DNA of 63,103 bases, counting the filler, from Octopus bimaculoides (lineage: Eukaryota), in the NCBI RefSeq assembly GCF_001194135.2. It is 6 parts of 6 records of this genome, joined end to end, with 100 filler letters (N's around TTAATTAATTAA, not from the genome) between each part and the next. Parts side by side here need not be neighbours in the genome. Positions count along the whole stretch, not along the records: positions 1 to 18,436 come from NW_026361930.1; positions 18,537 to 23,832 come from NC_068994.1; 4 more parts are not named here. One strand, written 5' to 3'. The notes below the pieces were generated by a model. The model saw only the letters and a program-made list of their open reading frames with translations. It was not told the DNA's origin and searched no databases. A program made the translations under genes and the position numbers. This document shows, piece by piece, positions 11,935-23,832 of this stretch; within the stretch, counting starts at the first letter, position 1, and each line of letters opens with the position of its first letter.

Positions 11935-12990
11935 TCATATGGAGCAATTAAGTCATTGGAGCATGGAATGAAGATATTGGAAAGCATGTTAGAGGAGAGA
12001 AGGATAAGGAAGAAAGATCAATATTAAGCTCATGATCATTTGTAGTTGTGGTAGAGGTGAAGACTCTAGGTGTAAAGGAGTATTTTCATTTAGAATTACT
12101 GTACATAGATGATCAGGTGTTAACAGCAGAGGGTATGGCTAGATTGAAGAAGATGAATAAGTGGAAGGAAGGAATGGAAACAAAAAGTATGAAGGTAAAT
12201 ATCAGAACGATGAAAGTCATGACATGTTGTAAAGTATGTGATGGAAAAACTAACCATGTGCAGGAGTAGTGTTGGATAAACTCCATCAAATGTACAATAT
12301 ATTACGGGTAGGTTCATTGAAAATATAATAGTGTGACATAGTTAATTACTAATGTGGCAGCTAGGTTTAAGTGTGAGGTTTATATATTGTGGAAGCTGCA
12401 GGTGGAGGGAACATTGAGCTGGATCTTTGAAATGGTATGAAGATAAAAATATTGTTAGCTAGATGTATGAAGGTGAATTGTATTTGGTGATGATGGTTGG
12501 AGTGTGATGTACATGGAAGAAGTTCCTAGAACTGAATTATATGTTAATGAAGGGCATGTCAATGAAACTGAAGGAAAAGATGGATGATGCATGTGTGAAT
12601 AGTATCATGATTTATGGGTACAAGACATGGATAAGGAAAGTGGAGCAGCAGAGAAGGGCTGGAAAGGAAAGAAATGAGAATAGTTTTGCAAGAAAGGAAG
12701 ACAATGAATTGGAGAGGATGATGGGAAGGAAAAGAGTGGTGTATTACTGACAGAAGAAAACCAATGAGTTAGGGATAGACTTAGTGATAGATGTCACTGA
12801 GAGAAATGGAATAAGATGGGTGGGTCATGTGCTGGGGTAGGGTGAAAGTAATTGAATGAGAAGTAGAAAACTAAGACTGAGAAAGACATGGCTAAAGATG
12901 ACAATGGAGGGTGAAATGAGGTGAAGGTGCATAAAGAACAGGATGAAATGGAAAAGACTGAGAAGGGTAACAAGGCTAAGCCATGCTTTA
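11935..12990 (+). mobile_element. old degenerate RTE-clade LINE fragment related to 1-3076
   Basis: Fragments IKSLEHGMKILE, ELLYIDD..L.AE, WKEGMETKSMKVN, KLKEKMDDACVNSIMIYGYKTW and RWVGHV, with frameshifts and stops. Confidence 0.75.
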
Positions 12991-13179
12991 ACAGGGTGAG
13001 TGTCCTTAAAACAATGTATTAATGTTGTTCAAGATAGACAACAAAGACCTACTCTTAACTTTCATATTACAACATAGATATTTATACAACAGAGCCTGTT
13101 TCTGTTAGGTCCATGTAGAGTCTTTCTTGTTATTGAGGTGTCAATAATACAAATAATTTTTTTTTTCTTTTGTTTTCAG

Positions 13180-13265
13180 GATTAGTCTATAAAGATGACA
13201 ACAAAACTCATTCAACAACTCCAGTCCCACACATAACTACATATGTTCTGTCGAATGTTTCTTAA
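13180..13265 (+). CDS. terminal coding exon of the R-SNARE gene (luminal tail and stop)
   Basis: Strong acceptor (long T tract, tgttttcag|). A phase-1 join to 6061 gives GLVYKDDNKTHSTTPVPHITTYVLSNVS-TAA (stop 13263-13265), followed by long non-repetitive AT-rich sequence. Confidence 0.7.
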
Positions 13266-15247
13266 ACTACAAGAAAAATACTTACTGTATGCTACCCAAC
13301 TACCATGGCAAGTTTCTTTCTCTAATTAACAATATATGAAAGGAGAAAAGTAAAAGACCAACCTACATTCCCTACTCCATTTAATTTGTGGAAATGGAAA
13401 AATATTTTCTGAAGTGTTCACAACTTCCAGTAATTTCTGTTCTTTAAAAACAAATGATTGCATATGCTTTTCATTGTGATGTAATCAAGATTACCTGCTT
13501 GGATAGACTTTGTCTACTATAAACTATCTGCCTTAAGTTGAACTTAATTAAAAAATGTAATTATTTTATCAAGTTATTGATTTTTTGATTTAATTTTTTT
13601 TTTACTTGTTTTGGATTTTCTTTCTATACCAATATTTTATTTTATTTGCAATTGGAGAATTATATTTTTTATACAATCCTTAAAAAAGATAATTTCATTT
13701 AAGTAAATCACACACAATCTTTTTCTGTGTTTTTGATTCATTTAACCAGCTTAATTTGATGTTATCACTATCAATATACATGGATGTTTGCATGTGTAAA
13801 TGTGGTTGTTTGCATGTGTGAATGCTACATATAGGTATTTACATGTGTAAATGCTACATGTAGGTGTATATATGTGTAAATGCTCAGTTATTTTCAGATG
13901 TTGTCTTTGTATATTTGTATTTTTACTTAGTGAAAATCTAATACATTTGTGGAACTTTTTATCTGGCTTTTCAACATGTGAAATGCTCCAAAAGTAAGAT
14001 ATATTTTTTGAGTAAGAAGTGAAGACAATGTTGTTGTTTTGGCTTGAGTTTCAGTTGTGAATGGGTAAGGATTAAGAAAATATGTCCAGTGCAAGGTTTG
14101 AGACAAAATAGTGGTGTTGATAGGATATGCTGGTATGTAAGGTGGAAATGGTATGTTTGTTAGCAGAATACAAATTGTTGTGGCAAAAATATAGAACATT
14201 TGTGGCTGTCATATGTTGAGTTTTTTTCATTTAACTGTCTCAGGTAGGAGACATATTGAGACCCTGAGGCACAGAAGAGTTTGTTGAATATTGGTCAAAG
14301 ATCTGTGTTAATGCTTCCTACAACAGAACTGTATGATCTGACAATATAACTTCCAGTTCAAGATTGTAAGATACACATTCTGCAGCCTGGCAACTTAGCT
14401 ATGAAGTTCTCAGACTGAGGCACAGTCAAAGATTTGTTGTCAAGGATAAAACTTTGGTCAAAGTTCTCGAAGAACAATGAGGTAGGTGAATAAGCCTCAA
14501 TGGATCTGGTTGTTAGTGGGGAAGGAAGAGATTCATAGTGATAAAAGCAAGTTTATAACTTTCTGTGATTTTCAAGTGTATTATTTAAAATACATTATCT
14601 TATTTGTTTATTGCAGAGTCATTTATTGTCTTTGTTTTCAAACCAGTTAAAATGTTTTCAACCAAATGTATTTACCCAGTTATTTATACTCAGTTTCCAA
14701 TCCATGTAACCTACCAGGCCATCAGAACCAGACATGCCAGACAAATGGTTTCATGCCCATCTTTTGTAATATATATGTGTTGTCTCTTGAAAAACCAGTT
14801 AGACTTTTTTTTTTTAACCTGCACAGCTTAATAAATAAACTCATTTATACATTAAACCTTCATTACATTGTACAAGATCAAACAAATCTCATGTGATATT
14901 TAGCTTGATATTTTTATGATTATTGAATTTATCTTCCAATTCATTGTTTAATCATGGACTATGAACTGGTTATTCCTGACAGTAACCTTTTTTTTCTTTT
15001 CCTTTCCTCCATTAACAGAGACTTGATGATGATTTAAATTATCATGTAACATTGTATTTTCATAGTAAATTTTCTGTGAAACTTGCTTATATAGTTTGTT
15101 ACCTTATTTTCATTCTCTAAATTAACCATTTTTGTTTTGGTGTTTTCTACTCCCTGCAAAAAACTTAATTTTTCTTGTTTGCTTTTAATTTTTTATAATG
15201 TTGATTAAGCAAATTTTGAAGGAAATGAATTTTCCTAATACAATAAA
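13266..15247 (+). other. putative long 3'UTR of the R-SNARE gene with polyadenylation signals
   Basis: U-rich and nearly free of SINEs and microsatellites. AATAAA at 14830, 14834 and 15242, the last followed by GT-rich sequence. Confidence 0.45.
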
Positions 15248-16009
15248 TGTTTGGTAAAATGATATAGTTGCTGGTTTATCCAACAGGTTTTCTGTTTAAC
15301 ATAAATTTGCATGCTAATCACCCTATTTTTTTGACAATTATCTGTGCAAATATAATTTCTATGTCCAGTGTCATATTTTAAAACATTTAAATATACATTT
15401 TTAATTTAACTGCTCAGAGTAGCTGGCTTTTTTTTTCTCTGCTAAAAAGGGATCAATCTCTTTAAGAATATAAATTCTTTTCTATGTCAACTGAAATGCA
15501 TTTATTGCTTTTAGAGAATTTAAATACTGTCTTTATTCTTTTTGTTTCTGTAAGACCTGGTCTATTGCAGTGACAATTGGGTTAACAGTCAAAAATCTTC
15601 AATCAGTGCTGCTTTTTATTTTTCTCAACATTCTTTATTGAACTATGAAAACGGAAATCAATATTTTAAGCAGGAAAAGTTGATGGTATGAGTGACAGGT
15701 TTCATTAGCAGATTTTGAATTGTGATTCTTCTACAAAGGATGTGGTGCACCAGGCTAGCAGCTTGCTTCCTCCCCAACCTCTCTCTTACACACAGTGTGT
15801 GTGTGCACATGCATGTCAGATCACCACCACCATTTGATGTCCACTTTTTCATGTTTGCATGGGTCAGATAGAATTTGTGAGGCAAATTTTCTACAGCTGG
15901 ATGCCCTTCCAACCTTGTTTTCAGGCAAGATAATATTTTCCTATAGCCAGAAGCTTTTTCAGTTAAGATAAGAACAGGCAACCTCGTGTGTGTAGGGGGT
16001 GAGGGTTTG

Positions 16010-16355
16010 GTCGTGTGGTAAAACGTTTGCTTCCTGATCACTTTGTGACATCTTAGGTAAGTGTCTTTTATTGTAGCTTTGGACCAATCAAAAACTTGAG
16101 TGGATTTGGTAGACAGAATTTGAAAGATCATTGTGTGTGTCTTTGTCTTGAGATCGTGTGATAGTTGTAAATGAGTGTCACTGTCATATAAGTAGTGTTA
16201 TTCATTTCCAATGTATTGTCTGACTATGAGTAAATATTACCTTACTTGCGAACATGAGTGTTGGTGACAGAAGGGTCACTTGGCCTTAGAAAATCTGCCT
16301 CAAGAAAACTGTCTGATCCATGCAGGCATGACAAAGTGGAGTTAAATGATTGTGT
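16010..16355 (+). mobile_element. old family-A-headed SINE ending in an RTE-like tail
   Basis: Head GTGTGGTAAAACGTTTGCTTCC, body GAGTGGATTTGGTAGACAG, tail CTGATCCATGCAGGCATGACAAAGTGGAGTTAAATGAT. Confidence 0.55.
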
Positions 16356-17427
16356 GTGCCTCTGTGTGTCTGTGTGTGTGTGTGTACACACACACACACA
16401 GGCTTCTTTCAGCTTCTATCCACCAAATCTACTCACAAGGCTGGAGCAAATCAGACACTTGCCCAAGGACCCATGCAGGGCTGAACCCAAGACCACAAGT
16501 TGGGAAGTAAGCTTCTCAATCACACAGCCATACTATATGAAGATAGTGTCTCTACACTTGTTCTGTTGCAAGGTCCAGTAAGTTACAAAACTCTTGCTTC
16601 TACCACAAGTAGGAGACTATAGAGGTTACTAGAGAATGCAAATGATCTCTTAGCACACTTCCATCAATCTTATACTGAAGAGGAGGAGGAAGATAATTAT
16701 ACAATGTTTCAATACTAATGACTACTTTAAAAATACTTTGGTACTAGAAACACTTAGAACTAGGCCACTTCCTCATAAATAGTTGAAATATATTGACACT
16801 AACTAACAACCTTCTTCTACTCAATACACATTTAACATTAGAATAAGTATTAACACCATCAAAACTACACTGAACAGTCAAGCAAGAAAATTATGTTTAT
16901 GTAGTTATAGGGTACATCTAACCATATTGCTAGTGGTGGTGGGGATATCTGTGGTGATATTGGAAGCTACATTGTTAGTAGGGGTGGGGTAGATCTGTGG
17001 TGACATTGATAAGTAATACTGATAAGTGACATTGATAAGTAACAGGTTTGTATCTCTGCTCCCCATTTAGTTCTAAGTTAATCATTGCATTAAGAGGGAA
17101 AACCATTTTTTTTCTTAACTGGTTAATACAATGAAGAACCCATGAGAATAAACTGGAGACTGTTGCAAAGGAAATAACAAACCATTACAACAAATAACAT
17201 GTGTTAGAGGAGACCAATCTAACCATGCCACTATGGAAGAAAAGCAGGCATCAAATGAGGATGGTAATATGGCTATTAAATGCTGATATATCTCTGACTC
17301 AATAAACTTTAAGGAAAAAAATGACATGTCAAGTATTTTTGTAGAAATTAAAATACAGTGGTGGAAATGTGTGAGAGAGAGAGAGAGAGATAGCCTAAGT
17401 GAATGTATTAAAGTGCACCCTCTAATG

Positions 17428-17465
<38 letters not shown>

Positions 17466-18401
17466 GTATGCACACACACACACACATATAAACATGTATA
17501 TATAATTTATTTTTAATTCAAACTCAAAACAACTACCACCTAAATCTCAAAATAACATATTTTCAAAGAAACCTGGGTCACTGGAGTTTTGATTTTTAAG
17601 TTAAGTATGAGGCTAGGTGATTTGAAAAATAGGAGGTTAGTTGATACCATTGGCATCCTCTTCCTCAGTACTTGACTAGTGTTTTGTTATCACCCTAGAA
17701 CAATGAAAGGCAAAGTTGACCTTGGCAGAATTTGAACTTGGAGCCAAGGGACAGGATGTAATGAAATGCTGCAAAGTATTTTGTCTACTGCTCTATAAGT
17801 CTACCTTTTATATAATTAATGTAACCCATCTTTAATCACTTCGTTTCTGATATGGACACAAACTTCAGAAAGGTGGAGACCTCATTTCATCACATATGGA
17901 AACCTCACCCATATAAAAGTTCAATAAACACACACACACATATACTACATATGGAAGCTGACCTTGGTGAAATTTTAATTCAAAATGTAAATGGAAAAGA
18001 CTAAATATAGCTTTTACTAATTCTAAAAAAAAAAAAAAAAAAAAAAGAGATATCACCCTACATATATAATAGTAAAGGGATAAGGCCTTACTTGGAGGAG
18101 AAAAAGTCAATTAAACAGTCCCACCACAGCCATTTCATTATATGTATGCTGATGTGCAGGATATGACGGTATTGTTTAAGTGGTAGTGATGTTAAACCAG
18201 ATCAAGAGTGGATACTGCCACTAAAGAGCTGCTGCTGCTGCCTATCTGATGTACTAGTATACAATTTCTCTAACAAGGCTTGAGTTGAAGCAAGATGCCA
18301 TGGGATCAAACCACATGATTGTGTGACAAACATCTTATCCACACAGCCATGTATAGATGTGTGCCTACAGAGACATTTGTGTATGGATATATGTATGTGT
18401 G

Positions 18402-18436
<35 letters not shown>

Positions 18437-19161
18437 NNNNNNNNNNNNNNNNNNNNNNNNNNNNNNNNNNNNNNNNNNNNTTAATTAATTAANNNNNNNN
18501 NNNNNNNNNNNNNNNNNNNNNNNNNNNNNNNNNNNNATATATATATATATATATATATACAATTGTGAGAATGTGAATGTCGGCACATACACATACACAT
18601 ACGCGAATACATACATAGACGTATACGGTTTTATTCATGATAGTTTTAATACAGAGATGAAATTTAATATGTTTCTAAATCTGATTTGATATGAAGATAA
18701 AAGCCCACGAAGAACGAGTTATTTGGAAGGAACAAAGACTATTCATTTACATTACGTATTATGATATATCAATGATGTAATTTTAGTTCAGAATGTCGTC
18801 TTGCATTTGACGATTAAGGTACGGCATGTACATAAATAAATGATTTACAAAATTATAGAATTGCCAACTGAAGAAAGAAAAAATGGTTGAAATTGTTGCT
18901 TGGTATACAGCAAGGGATTGAAACATAGGAATTTTTCAATTCAGTTAAATAAATCTGTTAGAACTATCTAGAAAGCTTTTGTTTCATCTTTGTCAATAAG
19001 GCAGATATATATATCATGCGGTAGATCAGGCAGATATTGTGCCACACCGCCTCTTCAGACTAATATATGTGATTTATTATCGTTGTGTTACATTCTCATT
19101 TAAATCTAACAGCAGCGCCTACACGCACAGCTGCCAACGAATTAATATATGACAGTAAGGC

Positions 19162-19171
19162 AATATGGCGG
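19162..19171 (+). promoter_or_regulatory. YY1-like AANATGGCGG motif in a locally CpG-richer unique region (possible TSS-proximal element)
   Basis: AATATGGCGG at 19162-19171, upstream of an ATG..GTAAGT exon candidate. Confidence 0.3.
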
Positions 19172-19297
19172 AGATGAGAGTAAAGCTACAGTTTATTTGT
19201 AAGACGTCTGGCGGAAAGCAACCTGAAGCAATCACTTAAAAACATGTAGAAACATCCACTGTTCGTACATTCACAGAGATGATAGAAATTGACTAAA

Positions 19298-19409
19298 ATG
19301 GACTGGCTTCCAGTTTGCTCAGACAAAATACCGATTAGGCACGTTTCAATTGATATTAATTTCGTTCGCCTTCATCAAACTAAAGATACATTCCCAGATA
19401 AAAAAACAT
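19298..19409 (+). CDS. candidate first coding exon of an unidentified gene
   Basis: AAAATGG start context; 37 open codons MDWLPVCSDKIPIRHVSIDINFVRLHQTKDTFPDKKT; consensus donor T|GTAAGT (phase 1). No homology recognised. Confidence 0.35.
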
Positions 19410-20261
19410 GTAAGTATCGAGCATGATCCATCCATTCTGATATTAGCAGAAGGGTGCATTTCTGGAAAACCAGAGCTCGTACATCGATTATACCTCAATG
19501 TACTAATATATGTTGTAATGAATATTTAGGTGTTCGAAGGCGGCGAGCTGGAAGATTCTTTAGCACACCAGGCACAATGGTGTTGCGGTATTTCGTTCGT
19601 TTATATGTTCTGAGTTTAAACGGTTCCTGAATGAATTCTTCCATCCATTTCGAGATAAACCTCTTACACTTATATATATATATATATATTTGTAAGCAAT
19701 AGAACCTTACTTGATTGACTGTAATGTCCAGAGTATGTAACAGTAACATGAAACATGATTTAATGACTTCTCCGGGTGGTACAATTAAATTAGTCAAGGC
19801 TTGCGCTAATTAGAACCGAAATCCATCGAAGTTTCTAAGTAGTCTATGGTTAGTTCGTGGCAGGGTAAACCAATTTATAGCTGAGTAGACAGGAACAAGG
19901 TGACATAGATGTTTTTATCAAGAACACAAGGTACCACCGGTTTGGGATGTTTCCATCGAATGTACACCCTATCCACTAGGCCGTGCGCCATCATACACGC
20001 ACTCTCTCACAGACACACACAAATATACAGAGAAACACACACACACACACACACACATACAGAGAGAGACGGATGGATAAATATTTTAAGGAACATTTGT
20101 ATGTTTCTGTGAAGCATTTACACACGTATGTATATATGTGTTTATATCATATCTATGTATATTTATGTGTATGAATATTTATATATATATATAATTCTAC
20201 AATTTATGTTTATATTTATACTAATATATGCATATAACGTATGTGTGTGTTTGAATGTATA

Positions 20262-20308
<47 letters not shown>

Positions 20309-20694
20309 GTGTGTATGTAGAAGTAGTTATATAAAATGTGTGTGTACATAGTTGTTAGACGTAGATGGTCATGTGTGTATCTATTCACATCTACGAAATC
20401 ATTATTTATACATTAAGTAAACGTTAAATATTAAACCAAAATGTCTGACATAGCGCATTATTATTCGTCTGTATAGCATGTTATCATATACATTTCTATT
20501 CAAATATTCACTTTTAAAACTATTTCCTGTGATTCACATCGCAGCTTATTTCCTATCAATATATATGGTGTTGTATTATATGTTCCCCCCACACATTCGT
20601 TATTCTTGTTGAACAGTTATTTCTACTTAGTTTCTCTTAAAATTATTTATTTTTCAAAGGTTATAAGATAAATAACTTCTAATATTTACAAGAG

Positions 20695-21060
20695 ATAAGG
20701 TGGCAAGCTGGGCGAAATGCTTAGCGGTATTTCGTCCGTCTTTACGTTCTGAGTTCAAATTCCACCGTGGTTGACTTTGCCTTTCATTATTTCGGGGGTC
20801 GATAAAATATGTTCCAGTTCAGCACTGAGACTGATGTAATTGACTTACCATCACTCCACCCAACCCCCATATTGCTGGCCTTGTGTCAAAATTAGAAATC
20901 CATATGAGATAAGGCGGCGAGCTGGCAGAATCGCTATCAAGGCGGATAAAATTCTTAGTGGCATTTTATCCGTCTTTACGTTCTCAGTTCAAATTCCGCC
21001 GAGGTTTATATTAACTTTCGTTATTTCGGGGTCGATAAAATAAGTACCTGCTGAACACTT
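20695..21060 (+). mobile_element. two tandem SINE family B copies
   Basis: Repeated GGCGGCGAGCTGGCAGAATCG.../GAAATGCTTAGCGGTATTTCG...GTTCTGAGTTCAAATTCC...TTCGGGGTCGATAAAAT. Confidence 0.85.
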
Positions 21061-21319
21061 GAATCGGCCTATCTCAAGATTTACAATATTTACAAGAAAT
21101 AACCATAGCGATAAATTATAAATTGTAGTCGCATACACAGTTGTGTGGTTAAGACTGCTCGTTTTGCAGACAATGCACTATAATACAAAAAATGGACTAT
21201 ATATCTGTTGTAATTTAGTTATCTATAGTCCGACGATATTTCGGAATACAATTCCTTCTTCAGATATTCTTAGATGGAGTCGCTGCTATAATCGGGTTTT
21301 TTTTGTTATAACTCGTCAG

Positions 21320-21690
21320 TAAATGGCGGCGTGGCAAGAAGTTTCCATCTTAACCGAATGGTTCTGTGTACAATCTACTTGCGTAACACCAAGGGCAAGT
21401 GTTTTAACTGCTATAACCTCGGGCCAACCAAATCCATGTGAGTGTATTTGGTAGGTGGGAACCAAAAGAAATTTGTCATATACATGTGTTTGTGTTTGTG
21501 TGTATGTGTGTCTGTGTGTATGTGTGTGCGCGTGCCAGTATATGTCTTTGTGTCTGTGATTTTCCTTCATCACCGATAGAATCAGAGTCAGGTTTTAATA
21601 AAAAGTACTGGGGTCGATTCGTACGGATAAATTTCTTCAAGGCGGTGCCCCAGCATGGCCTCAGCTTAATGACTGAAACAAATAAATGAT
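21320..21690 (+). mobile_element. SINE family A
   Basis: Degenerate tRNA-like head, GGCAAGTGT body, TG microsatellite, tail AAGGCGGTGCCCCAGCATGGCC..ATGACTGAAACAAAT. Confidence 0.8.
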
Positions 21691-22251
21691 TATATATATG
21701 GATTAATGCAATTCTGTGTTTTCAAACCTGGAATAATGTATTCACAACATTCATTAAAATGTATATAGCGTGAGAGGCTGAGAAATCTTTAATAATAACT
21801 TTGAATTTTTTTTGTTTCTAATTAATAAGATGCTTAAAGTTGGGAAGCAACCTGAACAGTTTAGAAGCAAAAATATTCACAAACATCAAAATATAATTGG
21901 CCAACGAAACATGGTAATTTGATTGCTTGTTGAAGAATAAAACATTAGAAAATGCATCACTTATTCATTAATTCAAAAGTTATTTGCAGTAGACTAGTTA
22001 TTTGTAATCTCCACGTGAGAAGACACGTGATATTTCCATGAATTTAATTTCCTACACACATTAGCGACAGAGGCTGTATAAATACCGAGCTGTAGCATTT
22101 ATCCCCACTTAAACATGGATGTTGTATAAAAACAAATTTTATTGCGGCACTTACAACGCGATGCACTCTCACATTGACATTTTAGTGCAAAATTCACACT
22201 AGTTTATAAAGCTAGCGGGGAGATAAATCCCTTCTACCTCCAGTCCCCAGA

Positions 22252-22298
22252 CCACCAGATCACATGATTTCGACCTTGTTTAGTTTCGTCAATGATGG
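22252..22298 (-). ncRNA. degenerate minimal type-I hammerhead ribozyme-like motif
   Basis: Minus strand CCATCA-TTGACGA-AACT AAACAA GGTC-GAAA-TCATGTGA-T-C-TGGTGG: 6-bp stem I, near-palindromic stem III, one core mismatch (C3 to U) and a weakened stem II. Confidence 0.55.
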
Positions 22299-22420
22299 AC
22301 ACTCGAACACTATAGTACTTTCAGAACCGGCTCTCATGCTGCGATTAACCAGTGAGCTTGTTGAAAATATTTATTAGCGATAGAAGCAGTATTAATACCG
22401 AAAGTTAATGTTTATTCCCC

Positions 22421-22680
22421 CTCGTGGCTTAGTGGCTAGGGTTTTCGGCTCAGGATCGTAATGACGTGAGCTCGGTCCCCGGCGGCGTATTGTGACCTTG
22501 AGCAAGACACTTTATTTCACATTGGTCCAGTTCACTCAGCTGGCAAAAAATGAGTAGTAATATGTAATTCAAAGGGCCTGCATTGACACATTCTGTGTCA
22601 GGCTGAATCTCCCTGAGAACTACGTTAACGGTACGCATGTTTCTGGAGTGATCAGCCACTTTCACGTTAAATACACGAGG
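22421..22680 (+). mobile_element. tRNA-derived SINE family C with CORE-like central segment
   Basis: GTGGCTTAGTGG..GGG head; TTGTGACCTTGAGCAAGACACTTTATTTCAC segment; tail TGAATCTCCCTGAGAACTACGTTAA...CAGCCACTT.CACGTTAA. Similar copies at 32085-32350, 36350-36460 (minus), 45005-45330 and 51915-52240. Confidence 0.8.
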
Positions 22681-22723
22681 GCCCGGCGTTCTAGCCATTC
22701 TGCCAGCAGCTCGCCGCCATAAT

Positions 22724-22726
<3 letters not shown>

Positions 22727-22756
<30 letters not shown>

Positions 22757-22827
22757 AAGAAGAAGAAGAAGAAGAAGAAGAAGAAGAAGAAGAAGAAGAA
22801 GAAGAAGAAGAAGAAGAAGAAGAAGAA
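22727..22827. repeat. pure (GAA)n tract, about 33 units
   Basis: Read directly from the sequence. Confidence 0.95.
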
Positions 22828-23799
22828 TGCTAAAATGATATGATGGCTACAGCTAGAATATCTTTCATCTAAGGTCAGACCAATCAGAGCTAACCTGGAG
22901 GTGAACAGCAGCAGCAACAACAACAACAACAAAAAACAACAATGCAAGCAGAAACCTTAAGTATTGATGCGCTAAAACAACAAACACCAAAAAAAATAAA
23001 CAAAAACCAGAACACTAACTACAACAACAACGATGTGGCGACGAATGGCGTCAAGGATGAAACTTAGGTTATATGTGAGACACCCAAGATATACATAAAT
23101 ACGAAGAAATGTTTAGTCATACGACTCACTCGTGACGTTAGGTCAATTAGTTGAATATTTGAGATTGGAAATATAAATCAACTGGTGAACAACTGTGTTG
23201 ACCCCTTAGGAGAAAGGGGTATTTGAAGTTACCAATCGAGATTATATCATTATCATTTTCTATTTAGTTGTATGGTAATTTCAGTACAAAATACGGAAAA
23301 ATTTATTCTAGCGAGATTTCAAGTTGACGTTGGTAGGTTTAATATATAGCTGGTTTCAGAAGTTGGAAATTATTAGTGCCAAAGACATTTAATCAAACTC
23401 GGCTACTTATATTTAGCTACAAACTAACTGAATATTACAGGAAAAATAATCCTAGACCGGAGACTGTCCAACGATTTTATATTTAACGAGCGCTTTGTTA
23501 TCTTCGAGTGGTGAACATATAAATCGTGCCTAAGGCAAAACAACAAAACTGAAGTCTGAGTTGTAAGCGAGGCAGAAGGACAGAGAATATATGGAAGTGT
23601 TTAATACGTTGCAAAATATGAAGAGAATATCGCTGACGATTGCAAGTATAAGACAGGTGCGATAACAAATGGGATTATGAGAAAGAGAGAGAGAAAGAAA
23701 GAGAAAGACAGAGCACAGTACGAATAGCAGATCTATGTGTGTGTGTGAGTGTATGTACATATACGTGTGTATGTATATATATATATATGTATATATATG

Positions 23800-23832
<33 letters not shown>

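Noticed and set aside
18481-18492. TTAATTAATTAA islands inside N runs (also 23877-23888, 39675-39686, 43369-43380, 61403-61414)
   Set aside because: An identical 12-mer centred in 100-bp blocks (44 N on each side where counted) is a scaffolding spacer, not biological sequence.
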